A stretch of DNA of 49,248 nucleotides from NCBI GenBank assembly GCA_043722215.1, contig JAYSPI010000208.1, positions 1 to 49,248 on the forward strand, given 5' to 3'. Shown piece after piece: positions 26,678-36,066 of this stretch; position 1 is the first letter of the stretch; each line of letters begins with the position of its first letter. The stretch is from Prosthecobacter sp. Lineage in GTDB: Bacteria; Verrucomicrobiota; Verrucomicrobiia; Verrucomicrobiales; Akkermansiaceae. Below the pieces are notes generated by a model. It saw only the letters and a list, made by a program, of their open reading frames with translations, ran no database searches and had not been told where the DNA came from. A program made the position numbers and the translations under genes.

Positions 26678-27301
26678 TTAAGCCGCGAAGTTAGCTGCGA
26701 CCACATCCCAGTTCACCACATTCCAGAACGCGGCAATGTAATCGGGGCGACGGTTCTGATAGTGAAGATAATAAGCGTGTTCCCAAACGTCCAACCCGAG
26801 AATCGGTTTGCCGGAGCAACCTGCCACCGCCTCGCCCATGCACGGGCAATCCTGGTTGGCCGTCGAGCACACCGCCAGCGAGCCATCCGCCAGCTTCACC
26901 AACCACGCCCAACCGGAGCCGAAACGAGTCGCACCAGCCTTGGCAAACGCTTCCTTGAATGCGTCCAGCGAACCGAACCCCTTGTCGATCGCCGCCGCAA
27001 GATCGCCAGTGGGTGCTTTGGCACCACCCGGAGCGATGCATTTCCAGAAAAACCCATGGTTCGCATGACCCCCGGCGTTGTTGCGCACCACGCCGCGGAT
27101 GTCAGCGGGCACAACGGCTAGATCGCCGATCAATTCGCAGAGCGATTTTGATTCGAGTTCCGGTTTCCCGGCGAGGGCATTGTTGAGATTGGTGATATAC
27201 GCCTGATGGTGCTTGGAGTGGTGAATTTCCATTGTGAGAGCGTCGATATGGGGTTCGAGCGCGTCGTAGGCGTAGCCGAGGGCAGGTAGTGTGTGAGCCA
27301 T
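26678..27301 (-). CDS. sodA: Mn/Fe superoxide dismutase, Mn-type signature
   Basis: [29 protein letters not shown] and DVWEHAYY motifs. Confidence 0.95.
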   Translation of the reverse strand: MAHTLPALGYAYDALEPHIDALTMEIHHSKHHQAYITNLNNALAGKPELESKSLCELIGDLAVVPADIRGVVRNNAGGHANHGFFWKCIAPGGAKAPTGDLAAAIDKGFGSLDAFKEAFAKAGATRFGSGWAWLVKLADGSLAVCSTANQDCPCMGEAVAGCSGKPILGLDVWEHAYYLHYQNRRPDYIAAFWNVVNWDVVAANFAA

Positions 27302-27411
27302 AGTGTTTCGGGGAGTTTCGTTTGCTTATCATCGGACTCTTCGCTAGGACAGAGCCACAGACAACACGCATAACAAACCAAGCTTTCTGTAACCCGCAAG
27401 CGAAAACCACC

Positions 27412-28992
27412 ATGATTCCAACTGCCATCGCCCCATACTTGCCCGAAATCATCACCGCCATCATCGGCCTGTGGATCGGCTGGTTGCTCACCCGCTTGAC
27501 CGCCTCGGGAAAAATCGCGGCCAGCGAAGAACGCCTCAAATCCGAAGTCCGCCGGTCCGGAGAAATCGAAATCCGCCTCGCCCACGCCACTGCCGAGACC
27601 GATCGCAACGCGCAAGAGGCCCAATCGTTCCGCAACCAACTCACCGAACTGCGCGCCCGCCTGGAAGCCGAACTCAAAACCGCCGCCGAAAAACAAGCCC
27701 TCCTCGAACGCGCAGAAATCAAACTCTCCGATACCTTCAAAGCGCTCTCCGCCGACGCCCTGCGTTCGTCGTCCGAACAATTCCTCCAGCTCGCCAAATC
27801 CTCACTTTCCTCCCAAACCGAAGAAGCCAAGGGCGACATCGAAAAACGTAAAATCGCCATCGAAGCCCTCGTCAAACCAGTCGCCGACTCGCTCGGTAAA
27901 TTCGAGGCCCGCATCGGCGATATCGAAAAAGCCCGCGAGGGCGCCTACGCCGAACTCAAGGAACAAGTCCGCGCCCTTGGCCAGGGACAACTCGGATTGC
28001 AGCGCGAAACCGCCTCACTCGTCAAAGCCCTGCGCCAGCCCGTCGGTCGCGGCCAGTGGGGAGAAATGCAATTGCGCCGCGTCGTCGAACTCGCCGGCAT
28101 GCAAGAGCACTGCGACTTTGAAACCCAACTATCATCCACGAGCGACGAGGGAAAACGCCTCCGCCCCGACCTCATCGTCCGCCTGCCCGGCGGCAAATCC
28201 ATCGTCGTCGATTCCAAAACCCCGATGGATGGCTACCTCGACGCTCTCGAAGCGACCGACGACACCATCCGCGAGGAAGCCCTCCAGCGCCACGCCCGCC
28301 AAGTGAGAACCCACATCCAACAATTGGCCTCGAAAAACTACTCGGCCCAATTCGCTCACGCTCCAGAGTTCACAGTGCTGTTTCTGCCGAGCGAATCATT
28401 TTTCTCCGCAGCGCTCCAATGTGACCCCGGCCTGATCGAGCGCGGCGTCGATCAAGGCGTGATCTTGGCAACCCCCACCACCCTGATCGCCCTGCTGCGC
28501 GCCGTCGCCTATGGCTGGCGCCAGGACGCCATCGCAGATAATGCGCGCGAAATCTGCGCCCTCGGCCGCACCCTCCACGAACGCCTCGGCAAACTCGCCG
28601 ACCATTTCTCAAAACTCGGCCGCTCGCTCGGCAATGCCGTGGAAAATTATAACAATGCCATCGGGTCGCTGGAATCCCGCGTCCTCATCACTGCCCGTAA
28701 GTTCGAAGACCTTAAAGCCGCCCCTGCCGCCGCCACGATCTCCCACCTCGAACCCGTCGATCAAACCCCTCGCATCCTCCAAGCCGCCAGCACCCCCAAT
28801 CACATCGGTGGACTGCCCGCCGCCGATGATCTCGAAGACGACGATTTTACCTTTGTGACCGAGCCGCTCACGTCCAGTAGCGCGAGCATGCGGCCCACCG
28901 CCGATGACCTTGAAGACGACGATTTCACGTTTGTGCCCGAGCCACTCGCCAGCGCGCGCGCCGTCGCATCGGATCTACGCTCGGCATTGTAA
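27412..28992 (+). CDS. rmuC: DNA recombination protein RmuC
   Basis: N-terminal TM helix and coiled coil; RGQWGEMQL, RPDLIVRLP-VDSK, LFLPSE and ATPTTLIALL; start moved to ATG 27412. Confidence 0.95.
   Translation: MIPTAIAPYLPEIITAIIGLWIGWLLTRLTASGKIAASEERLKSEVRRSGEIEIRLAHATAETDRNAQEAQSFRNQLTELRARLEAELKTAAEKQALLERAEIKLSDTFKALSADALRSSSEQFLQLAKSSLSSQTEEAKGDIEKRKIAIEALVKPVADSLGKFEARIGDIEKAREGAYAELKEQVRALGQGQLGLQRETASLVKALRQPVGRGQWGEMQLRRVVELAGMQEHCDFETQLSSTSDEGKRLRPDLIVRLPGGKSIVVDSKTPMDGYLDALEATDDTIREEALQRHARQVRTHIQQLASKNYSAQFAHAPEFTVLFLPSESFFSAALQCDPGLIERGVDQGVILATPTTLIALLRAVAYGWRQDAIADNAREICALGRTLHERLGKLADHFSKLGRSLGNAVENYNNAIGSLESRVLITARKFEDLKAAPAAATISHLEPVDQTPRILQAASTPNHIGGLPAADDLEDDDFTFVTEPLTSSSASMRPTADDLEDDDFTFVPEPLASARAVASDLRSAL
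28816..28947 (+). repeat. Intragenic duplication (2 x 54 nt, 78-nt period) in the rmuC 3' end
   Basis: PAADDLEDDDFTFVTEPL at 28816-28869 and PTADDLEDDDFTFVPEPL at 28894-28947. Confidence 0.92.
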
Positions 28993-28998
28993 GTCCCC

Positions 28999-30081
28999 AT
29001 GCCACCGTCATCCATGCCCCAGCCCGCGCTCACTGGTCAATCACCCGACGCCCTTACAGCCTGGCTCCAGGAGGGCGGACAACCTGCGTTCCGCTCCAAT
29101 CAAATCCTCGAGTGGGTGTGGAAAAAAAAGGTGTCGTCGATTGAGGCTATGACCAACTTGCCGGTGGCATTGCGTGCACGGCTCACTGCCAGCTTCCGGC
29201 TCTCCGCCCTAGAGCACGCGCACACCCAAGGTGCTGCCGACACCACGCGTAAGTTTCTCTTCCGCCTGCACGACGGTCGCTACGTCGAGAGCGTGCTCAT
29301 TCCAGCCAATCCGGCGCTTTACGGTGAGGCGTCCGACCGCCGGACGCTCTGTATTTCGTCGCAGGTCGGTTGTGCCTACGGTTGTAAATTCTGTGCTTCA
29401 GGATTGGCTGGATTCGCTCGCAACCTCGACCCATCCGAAATCGCCGGCCAAGTCCTCGCCGCCGAACAACTCGCCGGCCAACGCGTCGATAACCTCGTCT
29501 TCATGGGGATGGGCGAACCGCTCGCCAATCTCACCCACCTGCTCGCCGCCATCACCCTCATCACCAGCGAAAAATCCCTCCATCTCGGCGCTCGCCATTT
29601 GACCATCTCCACCTCCGGCCTCGTCCCTCAGATCCGCCAACTCGCCACCCACCCGCAGCAAATCCGCCTCGCGATCTCGCTCCACGGTGCCACCGACGAG
29701 GTCCGCCAGCAAATCATGCCGATCAACCAGAAATGGCCGATCGCCACACTCTTCGACGCGCTCGACGACTGGAACGCCCGTAAAAACCAAAAGCTCACCC
29801 TTGAGTATATCCTGATTCAAGGGGTCAACGATGCGCTGGAGCAAGCGGTCATTCTGGCCCACCTCGCCCGCCGCGCCCACGCCAAGGTCAACCTCATCCC
29901 TTATAACACCGTCGAGGGCCTCTCCTGGCAACGCCCACCCGACACCCATTGCCGTGCGTTCCGCGATATCCTCCTCAGCGCCGGCGTCGCCGCGACTCTC
30001 CGCCTCGAAAAAGGCCACGACATCGACGCCGCCTGCGGCCAACTCAGACTCAAACAAGAAACCCGCGACGGCATCTGCTAA
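28999..30081 (+). CDS. rlmN: Dual-specificity RNA methyltransferase RlmN
   Basis: CISSQVGCAYGCKFCAS, FMGMGEP, STSG, LAISLH, VNLIPYN and DIDAACGQL motifs. Confidence 0.97.
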   Translation: MPPSSMPQPALTGQSPDALTAWLQEGGQPAFRSNQILEWVWKKKVSSIEAMTNLPVALRARLTASFRLSALEHAHTQGAADTTRKFLFRLHDGRYVESVLIPANPALYGEASDRRTLCISSQVGCAYGCKFCASGLAGFARNLDPSEIAGQVLAAEQLAGQRVDNLVFMGMGEPLANLTHLLAAITLITSEKSLHLGARHLTISTSGLVPQIRQLATHPQQIRLAISLHGATDEVRQQIMPINQKWPIATLFDALDDWNARKNQKLTLEYILIQGVNDALEQAVILAHLARRAHAKVNLIPYNTVEGLSWQRPPDTHCRAFRDILLSAGVAATLRLEKGHDIDAACGQLRLKQETRDGIC

Positions 30082-30170
30082 GCCGCAACGCCTGCCACTC
30101 CGCCCCTCACAAATCCGCCGCTTGGATCTTGCGAGCCCCTCGCGCGCCCGCCAGAGTCGGGCGGATCTGC

Positions 30171-31310
30171 ATGACTCACTCTCAGGATTTATTGACCCAA
30201 ACCCCACCACCTCAGGCGCAGGACTCCTTGGCTTGGCTGGCACGACGGGATGGCAGCGTCCTAGTGGGCCAAGGGCCGTTCACCTCGCACTCCGCCCCAC
30301 CCGCTACTGGCGTCGCGTTCTACGTCCAGGACTTCGCCCTCCACGACCCAACCCCCTGGAAGATCCCCGCTCATTGCGAGCGGACCACCGTCGCCGAATT
30401 CGCCACACGCTTCTGCGCCAACACGCCTTGCCATCATCAATGGCAGACATTGGAAACCGCCCCGTTTGCCAGCGTCTTTCAGGAGGTCATGACCGCCATT
30501 CAAAATGGCATTTTTGAAAAAACTGTGCCAGTCGTCACCGAATCCGGCACCGCAGCCCAGCCACCCGGTCGCGCGATAATCGCCGCCATGTGCCGCCAAG
30601 TATCCCCGCTCCAATCCTACGGATGGGTCCAGGCCGATGCCGGATTCGCCGGTGCCACGCCGGAATTGCTGTTCTCTCTCCACGGCCAGCGGCTCGAAAC
30701 CATGGCTCTCGCCGGCACCGCACGCTGCGAGGACCGCGACGTTTTCGCCGTCGATGAAAAAGAAATCCGCGAGCACGAATACGTCGCCCAAACGCTGGTT
30801 TCCAAACTCATGCATTTCGGGCACCTCCTGCGCCACACCCGCAAAATCCTCGACCTCGGACCCATCGTTCACTTCCTCACCCTCATTGAGGTGGACCTGC
30901 AAACCCGCATGGCTCCAGAGGATTTGCTGCAACGACTCCATCCCACGCCTGCGCTCGGCCCCTGGCCTCGAACCAACGACACCTTGGATATGCTGCTAGA
31001 GTGGCGCCAACGCCTTGGCTGCCCGCCACAGTTCGGCGCACCCTTTGGCGTCTGGGAGAATGGACGATTTGACGCCATTGTTGCCATTCGCGGCGTCTGG
31101 TGGCAGGGAACCCAGCTCAGCATCCCCGCTGGCTGCGGCGTCATCGAGGCTAGCCGACTGGTCAACGAATGGCGCGAACTCCGCCTGAAACGCGAGGCCG
31201 TCAAACGCTTCCTCACCCAAGCCACTCCCCCCCGCCCCTCCAGCCTGACTTTCCAGCTTAACAAAATTCACAGCCATCCCACCGGGCCGGACTCGACGCC
31301 GTTGGCATAG
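30171..31310 (+). CDS. Chorismate-binding (MST family) enzyme, isochorismate-synthase-like
   Basis: GATPELL, MALAGT, KEIREH, LHPTPALG, VAIR, AGCGVI-S and EWRE-K motifs; start ATG 30171. Confidence 0.85.
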   Translation: MTHSQDLLTQTPPPQAQDSLAWLARRDGSVLVGQGPFTSHSAPPATGVAFYVQDFALHDPTPWKIPAHCERTTVAEFATRFCANTPCHHQWQTLETAPFASVFQEVMTAIQNGIFEKTVPVVTESGTAAQPPGRAIIAAMCRQVSPLQSYGWVQADAGFAGATPELLFSLHGQRLETMALAGTARCEDRDVFAVDEKEIREHEYVAQTLVSKLMHFGHLLRHTRKILDLGPIVHFLTLIEVDLQTRMAPEDLLQRLHPTPALGPWPRTNDTLDMLLEWRQRLGCPPQFGAPFGVWENGRFDAIVAIRGVWWQGTQLSIPAGCGVIEASRLVNEWRELRLKREAVKRFLTQATPPRPSSLTFQLNKIHSHPTGPDSTPLA

Positions 31311-31542
31311 CCGTTGCGCTCGGTGCCGCGCTGATAAGAAGCGGCTCCGATGTGCTTTCCGCGTTCGAGCATCCTGGCGGGTTGTTTGGTTTTATTCGTT
31401 CATGGCTGGTGCTGTTTTGCTTTGAGCACCTCCAGTCTCTGGTCATGGACGGACGCCGACAACCCCGGCGGGTCGGAGGGAGGTCGGCGCGCCGCCGCAC
31501 TGGCTGCGTAGCGGGCTTTTACAGACGAATCTTTACACTATC
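31268..31542 (-). mobile_element. Degenerate IS256-family left-end remnant (terminal inverted repeat plus transposase N-terminal fragment)
   Basis: Minus strand starts GATAGTGTAAAGATTCGTCTGTAAAA (IS256-type terminus); 31372-31268 reads MLERGKHIGAASYQRGTERNGYANG, matching the IS256 N-terminal ER-x-HL-x-YER-x-RxGYxNG motif. Confidence 0.72.
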
Positions 31543-31629
31543 CAGTTTTGAGCCAGCGCCGACAATGGCTGTGAAAAACATTGATTGTTTGGGGGGAAGA
31601 TTCAGCATCTAAAAACATTCCCTATTTCA

Positions 31630-33648
31630 ATGCTGAAACCCACCCACTCAGGTCTCTCCATGGTCGGCGGAATGCTGCTAACTGCCGCATACGCAGCGGG
31701 TTCACCAGTGGAGGTCGCTCACACCGAACTGGCCGCCAACCCGATCGCTCACATCGCGCGGATGTTAAGCCCCCAACTCGTCGAGGTCGAGGATCGCATC
31801 GGCGTGCTCACGCACGGACTCGCCTCCTTAGCTGCGCCCACCAGACATCCCCTGAGCGCTGACCTCGGCTACCGTGGGTGCCGCAGCCAGGCCCACTCCG
31901 AAAACCCCTCACTCACTCTGGATCTCGGCGCGGAATGGCCAATCGAAACCGTGGCCCTCATCCCCGCCCAAACCGAATCCAGCGAGGATGCAGGAATCTT
32001 CCCACGTCGCTTCTCCCTGGATGTATCCAATGACGCCAATTTCGACCACTCCACGCCAGTCTATCAATCCAAATCCAGCCCACTCCACGCGCCCGATGGC
32101 ATCCCTGTTCCCATCCACACCCGCGCCACCGCCCGCTACGTCAGACTGACCGTCCAGGAAGGCGTCAACCGCGGAGTTCTCGACCTATTCGGACTTTCAG
32201 AGGTGATCGTCATCTCGCACGGGCAACCCGTCTCGTTCGGGGCCTCCGTGACCACGGTGGGCGCTCTCAATACCCCGGGACTCTGGGACCCCGCGAACCT
32301 AACCGACGGACGGACCCCGTGGGGAATCTGGCAGCGCGCCAGCCCAACCAAGGTGGATCCAGGCGATGCGGTTGACCTCACCCAACCGGGCGAGTCCACC
32401 ACCTGGACCGTGCAGCTGGATGCGGCCGCCCCGCTCGACCGCTTAGTCGTATTTCCCTATCAATCTGACACCACCTGCCAAGTGGCGGTTTTACCGGAAG
32501 CTTTGGCATTGCGACTCGATCGCCTGGACCGTCCATCCGGGGGAGGATTCGACTGGACCCACACGGCGCCCGGCACGAGTCAAAGCGCGCCACTCATCAT
32601 CCCCCTGCACGGTCAGTCCGCCCAAACGATCCAACTCACCGCCACCCAACCCTTCCTCATCGGCGACCGCCTCATCCACGCCATCTCAGAAATTGAAATC
32701 TGGTCCAACGGCCGCAACCTCGCCGCCGGCCACCCCGTGATGCGTGAGCACGCTGGCCAGACCACCCCCGTCACCGCCTTGACTGACGGCTCGAGCTCCA
32801 CGGGCAACATCATGCCCGTCGCCATCTGGCTCCGCCAACTCCATGAACGCAATATTCTGGAACGCGAACTCGCACCCCTGCGGCTGGCACAGCGGCAATT
32901 AGCCGCGAACAGCGAGCTGAATTCCCTCTGGGGATGCTCAATGGTCATCGGCCTAACTTTTCTAATTCCTGTGTTCCTTATCGAGCGCCGCCGCCTCATC
33001 ACCAAGGACCAACTGGACCAAATGCGCAAACGCATCTCGGCAGACCTCCATGATGACATCGGCAGCAATCTGGGCTGCATCTCACTGATCGCCCGCACCG
33101 CCCGCAAGGATCTGCTACGACTCAACGGACCGCAGGAAACCGCCACCGACCTCGCCGAAATGGAAACCATCGCCCGCGAAAGCTCACTGGCCATGAGGGA
33201 CATCGTCTGGCTGCTAGAACGTAAACAAGATTCGGTCGGCGACCTCGTCCAGCGGATGCGCGAAACCGCTGGGCGACTCCTGCGCGAAATCCCATTCACC
33301 CTGGATGGCGAGTCACTCAAGCCGTCCACGAAGCTCTCGCTCAACGCAAAACGCCATCTCTTCCTGTTCTACAAAGAGTCGATCCATAACATCCTCAAGC
33401 ACTCGCAGGCCAACCACGTCTCTATCCGAGTGTGGGACGAACGCGACCACCTCGCCCTCGAAATCATCGACAACGGCGTCGGCATTCCCATCGATACCAG
33501 CGCACGCCCTGCAACGCTCAGCAAACTGGAAGAACGGACTAACCTGTTAGGTGGGCGCTTGAAGATCACCTCATCCCCGGACACCGGCACCCGCATCCAT
33601 CTCCTCGTCCCCCGCGCCCACCTCACTCCCCACCACTCCTGCGCATGA
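31630..33648 (+). CDS. Sensor histidine kinase (HisKA_3) with extracytoplasmic discoidin/F5-8C-like domains
   Basis: LTLDLG, ARYVRL, LSEVIV and EIEIWSNGRNLA sensor repeats; TM helix; RISADLHDDIGSNL, ESIHNILKHS and DNGVG. Confidence 0.9.
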   Translation: MLKPTHSGLSMVGGMLLTAAYAAGSPVEVAHTELAANPIAHIARMLSPQLVEVEDRIGVLTHGLASLAAPTRHPLSADLGYRGCRSQAHSENPSLTLDLGAEWPIETVALIPAQTESSEDAGIFPRRFSLDVSNDANFDHSTPVYQSKSSPLHAPDGIPVPIHTRATARYVRLTVQEGVNRGVLDLFGLSEVIVISHGQPVSFGASVTTVGALNTPGLWDPANLTDGRTPWGIWQRASPTKVDPGDAVDLTQPGESTTWTVQLDAAAPLDRLVVFPYQSDTTCQVAVLPEALALRLDRLDRPSGGGFDWTHTAPGTSQSAPLIIPLHGQSAQTIQLTATQPFLIGDRLIHAISEIEIWSNGRNLAAGHPVMREHAGQTTPVTALTDGSSSTGNIMPVAIWLRQLHERNILERELAPLRLAQRQLAANSELNSLWGCSMVIGLTFLIPVFLIERRRLITKDQLDQMRKRISADLHDDIGSNLGCISLIARTARKDLLRLNGPQETATDLAEMETIARESSLAMRDIVWLLERKQDSVGDLVQRMRETAGRLLREIPFTLDGESLKPSTKLSLNAKRHLFLFYKESIHNILKHSQANHVSIRVWDERDHLALEIIDNGVGIPIDTSARPATLSKLEERTNLLGGRLKITSSPDTGTRIHLLVPRAHLTPHHSCA

Positions 33649-34298
33649 TCGAACCCTCCGCCATCGCCACCATCTGGATCATCGAAGATCACGAGATTTT
33701 CGCCAAACAAATCCGCCGCCTCATCGAGGGCGAACCTGACTTGCAGTGCCCCCACCACTTTACCTGCGCCACCGCCTTTTTTGATTACCTCAGCAGCCAC
33801 GAAGACCGCCCGGACCTCGTGCTCCTCGACCTCGGTCTGCCCCGCCGCGACGGCTTGGAAATCCTTGGCGACCTACGCGGGCTTCTACCAGACCTGAAAG
33901 TACTGGTTCTGACCGCCTCGGATGATCGCGAGAAAGTGTACCGAGCGATCTGCAACGGTGCCTCCGGCTACCTGCTCAAAACCGCCGACCCCGATGAGAT
34001 CCTAGCCGGCATCCGCGACGTGACCCACGGCGCGTCCGCCCTCAGCAGCCCGATTACCAAGATGATCCTCGAGGGGTTCTCGCGCTACGGCTTAGTCGAG
34101 GAAATCGACCCCCTCACCGCCCGCGAGCAGGATGTGCTACGCGAATTGGTCAAGGGGTTCATCAAAAAGGAAATCGCCGACCACTTGTCGATTTCACTGC
34201 ACACGGTGGATATGCACCTGCGCGCGGTCTATCGAAAACTCCACGTCCGCTCACAAACCGAAGCGGTCTCCAAGGCACTGCGCCAAGGGCTCGTCTAA
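33645..34298 (+). CDS. NarL/LuxR-family response regulator
   Basis: IIEDH, PDLVLLDL, GASGYLLK and LTAREQDVL-KEIADHL-TV-H-VYRKL; ATGA overlap with the kinase. Confidence 0.95.
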   Translation: MIEPSAIATIWIIEDHEIFAKQIRRLIEGEPDLQCPHHFTCATAFFDYLSSHEDRPDLVLLDLGLPRRDGLEILGDLRGLLPDLKVLVLTASDDREKVYRAICNGASGYLLKTADPDEILAGIRDVTHGASALSSPITKMILEGFSRYGLVEEIDPLTAREQDVLRELVKGFIKKEIADHLSISLHTVDMHLRAVYRKLHVRSQTEAVSKALRQGLV

Positions 34299-34320
34299 CA
34301 AAATAATCGTGCGCTTGCCA

Positions 34321-34369
34321 AAAAAAATCCTCCTGATCGGATTGACCGGTCAGGAGGAGGATTAAAAAA
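34321..34369. terminator. Bidirectional terminator between the response regulator and rplI
   Basis: tcctcctgatcgg / ccggtcaggagga stem flanked by A-tracts. Confidence 0.75.
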
Positions 34370-34386
34370 TCGGCTGGGCCCGAGTA

Positions 34387-34857
34387 TTACCCCTGAGTCA
34401 CATCGTCGCCTGCATCCACCGAGATGGTGAGGGTGGTGATGACCTGCGGGTGCAGACGCACCGTGACTTCCGTCTTGCCGGATTTCTTCACTGGCTTGTC
34501 CAACTCGATGGCATGGCGGTCGATCACGATGCCAGCGGTTTCGAGGTGCTTGTGGATGTCCATGCTCGTCACCGAGCCGAAAGCCTTGCCACCTTGACCG
34601 GTGGACAGCGTGAACTTCGGCTTCAGCTTGCCAATCTTGGTTGCCAGCTCCTGGAAGGTGACGATTTCTTCGGCTTCGCGGCGGGCGCGGGACGTTTTGA
34701 GGGCCTCGACGTGGCGAAGGTTGGCGCGACTCGACTCGTAGGCCTTGCCTTGCGGGATCAGGAAATTGCGCGCGTATCCGGCACGGACTTTCACGACGTC
34801 TGCTTCGGCACCAAGGCCTGCGATTTTTTCTTTGAGGATGACTTGAGCGTTGGCCAT
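34387..34857 (-). CDS. rplI: 50S ribosomal protein L9
   Basis: VILKE-LG-VKVRAGYARNFLIPQGKA, KAFGSVT and VRLHPQV; start ATG 34857. Confidence 0.97.
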   Translation of the reverse strand: MANAQVILKEKIAGLGAEADVVKVRAGYARNFLIPQGKAYESSRANLRHVEALKTSRARREAEEIVTFQELATKIGKLKPKFTLSTGQGGKAFGSVTSMDIHKHLETAGIVIDRHAIELDKPVKKSGKTEVTVRLHPQVITTLTISVDAGDDVTQG

Positions 34858-34896
34858 GGGAGTCAGGAGTAAGAGGTTCGGTTGGAGGGGGCGCGG

Positions 34897-34925
34897 GATA
34901 TACCCGCCACCCCCAACCGAGTCAA
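34897..34925 (-). promoter_or_regulatory. Putative sigma70 promoter of rplI (TTGACT-17-TATATC)
   Basis: Hexamers at 34925-34920 and 34902-34897. Confidence 0.55.
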
Positions 34926-34982
34926 GAAGAATGAACCCAAAATCTCTCAAGCCAGGGATTTCCCCGACGCCCCGCCACCTCA

Positions 34983-35843
34983 CTACAACTGGTTGAGCGG
35001 CTTTTTGAGGAATTGTTCGTCGCGCATGCGCCGGAGATTCTCCATCTGCCGTTGCTGGGCAGCCAGACTCGGGTCGCTCGCCGCAGGCAATTCCTGGCCG
35101 TATTTTTTCCATGGGCCGAACGGGACTTGAGCGGCCTCGACGAAGCGCCAGTGGACTTTTTCGCCCGATTTCACCCCGAGATAATCCCTGATGGCTGGGG
35201 ACAAATCAATGCCGGCACAACCATTCTGCGTGGTCTTGGGCGGCTTGCTGCCAAACACAAACTCCCAATCATTGGTCTCCCAGGGACCACAATCTTCCCA
35301 CTGGCCGAAACAACTCCGCCCCGCCCGGAAAATTTGCAACCAGCGGCCTTTGCAGACGGTTTTACCAGGCTCCGGGCGCATCCGCCCAAACCACGGAATC
35401 ACCCGCGACGCCTCTGGCTTATGACAAGTCGAACTCACCACATCATTGTAGGGCAATGCGATGTAAAAGGGATTCAACTTGGGCACAAAACCCTTCGGTC
35501 GAAATTCACCCGTCGTGAAACTCGCAATCCGCCGCGCCGGATCGGGATCATCATAGCCACCAAAATTAGACTCCCACTGCTGGTCCCATGAGGATCGGTT
35601 ATTCGGCGTCGGATTCCGGTCACTTGGCTGCTCGCCGATCCAAAATATCGTGCAGGTCACCTGGGTTTTCCACGGATAAAGGACCCGCGTGGAAGCCGCC
35701 ACCGCGGCGATCGGATCTGGCGGGCGACTACCGGTGGGCACCATGACCCGCGGTACCACCTGGGCACTCGCGCTGACCGCGCTGGTGACGACCAGCGCGG
35801 TGACAAGGCTCCTGAAACAGGAATGAAAGGATCTTTGAACCAT
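34983..35843 (-). CDS. Hypothetical exported protein with double-psi beta-barrel-like motifs
   Basis: Signal peptide (ALVVTSAVSASAQ); WEDCGP and GIDLSPA resemble RlpA/DPBB motifs; start uncertain. Confidence 0.7.
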   Translation of the reverse strand: MVQRSFHSCFRSLVTALVVTSAVSASAQVVPRVMVPTGSRPPDPIAAVAASTRVLYPWKTQVTCTIFWIGEQPSDRNPTPNNRSSWDQQWESNFGGYDDPDPARRIASFTTGEFRPKGFVPKLNPFYIALPYNDVVSSTCHKPEASRVIPWFGRMRPEPGKTVCKGRWLQIFRAGRSCFGQWEDCGPWETNDWEFVFGSKPPKTTQNGCAGIDLSPAIRDYLGVKSGEKVHWRFVEAAQVPFGPWKKYGQELPAASDPSLAAQQRQMENLRRMRDEQFLKKPLNQL

Positions 35844-36066
35844 AGAACGCGGCGCTCGCCAGAGGGGTACACCCATCAGACGCTGCAGATTTGATCGATT
35901 CCCGACCGACAATCAATGCCAAAGGTCAGCTGTCGGGCGACGGCGCGCCACCCCCGCGCCAGAGACCCCGACCGAGAACCTCGACAACCCTCGCGCTTGA
36001 ATTAGGCTCGTCGCCTGCTATAGCGTGACCCTTGTTTTGTTAACCCACAGGCCGCTATTGCATCCC

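Noticed and set aside
28816-28947. Spaced direct repeat as a possible CRISPR mini-array
   Set aside because: Only two copies, in frame inside rmuC with synonymous divergence, and no cas genes in the window.
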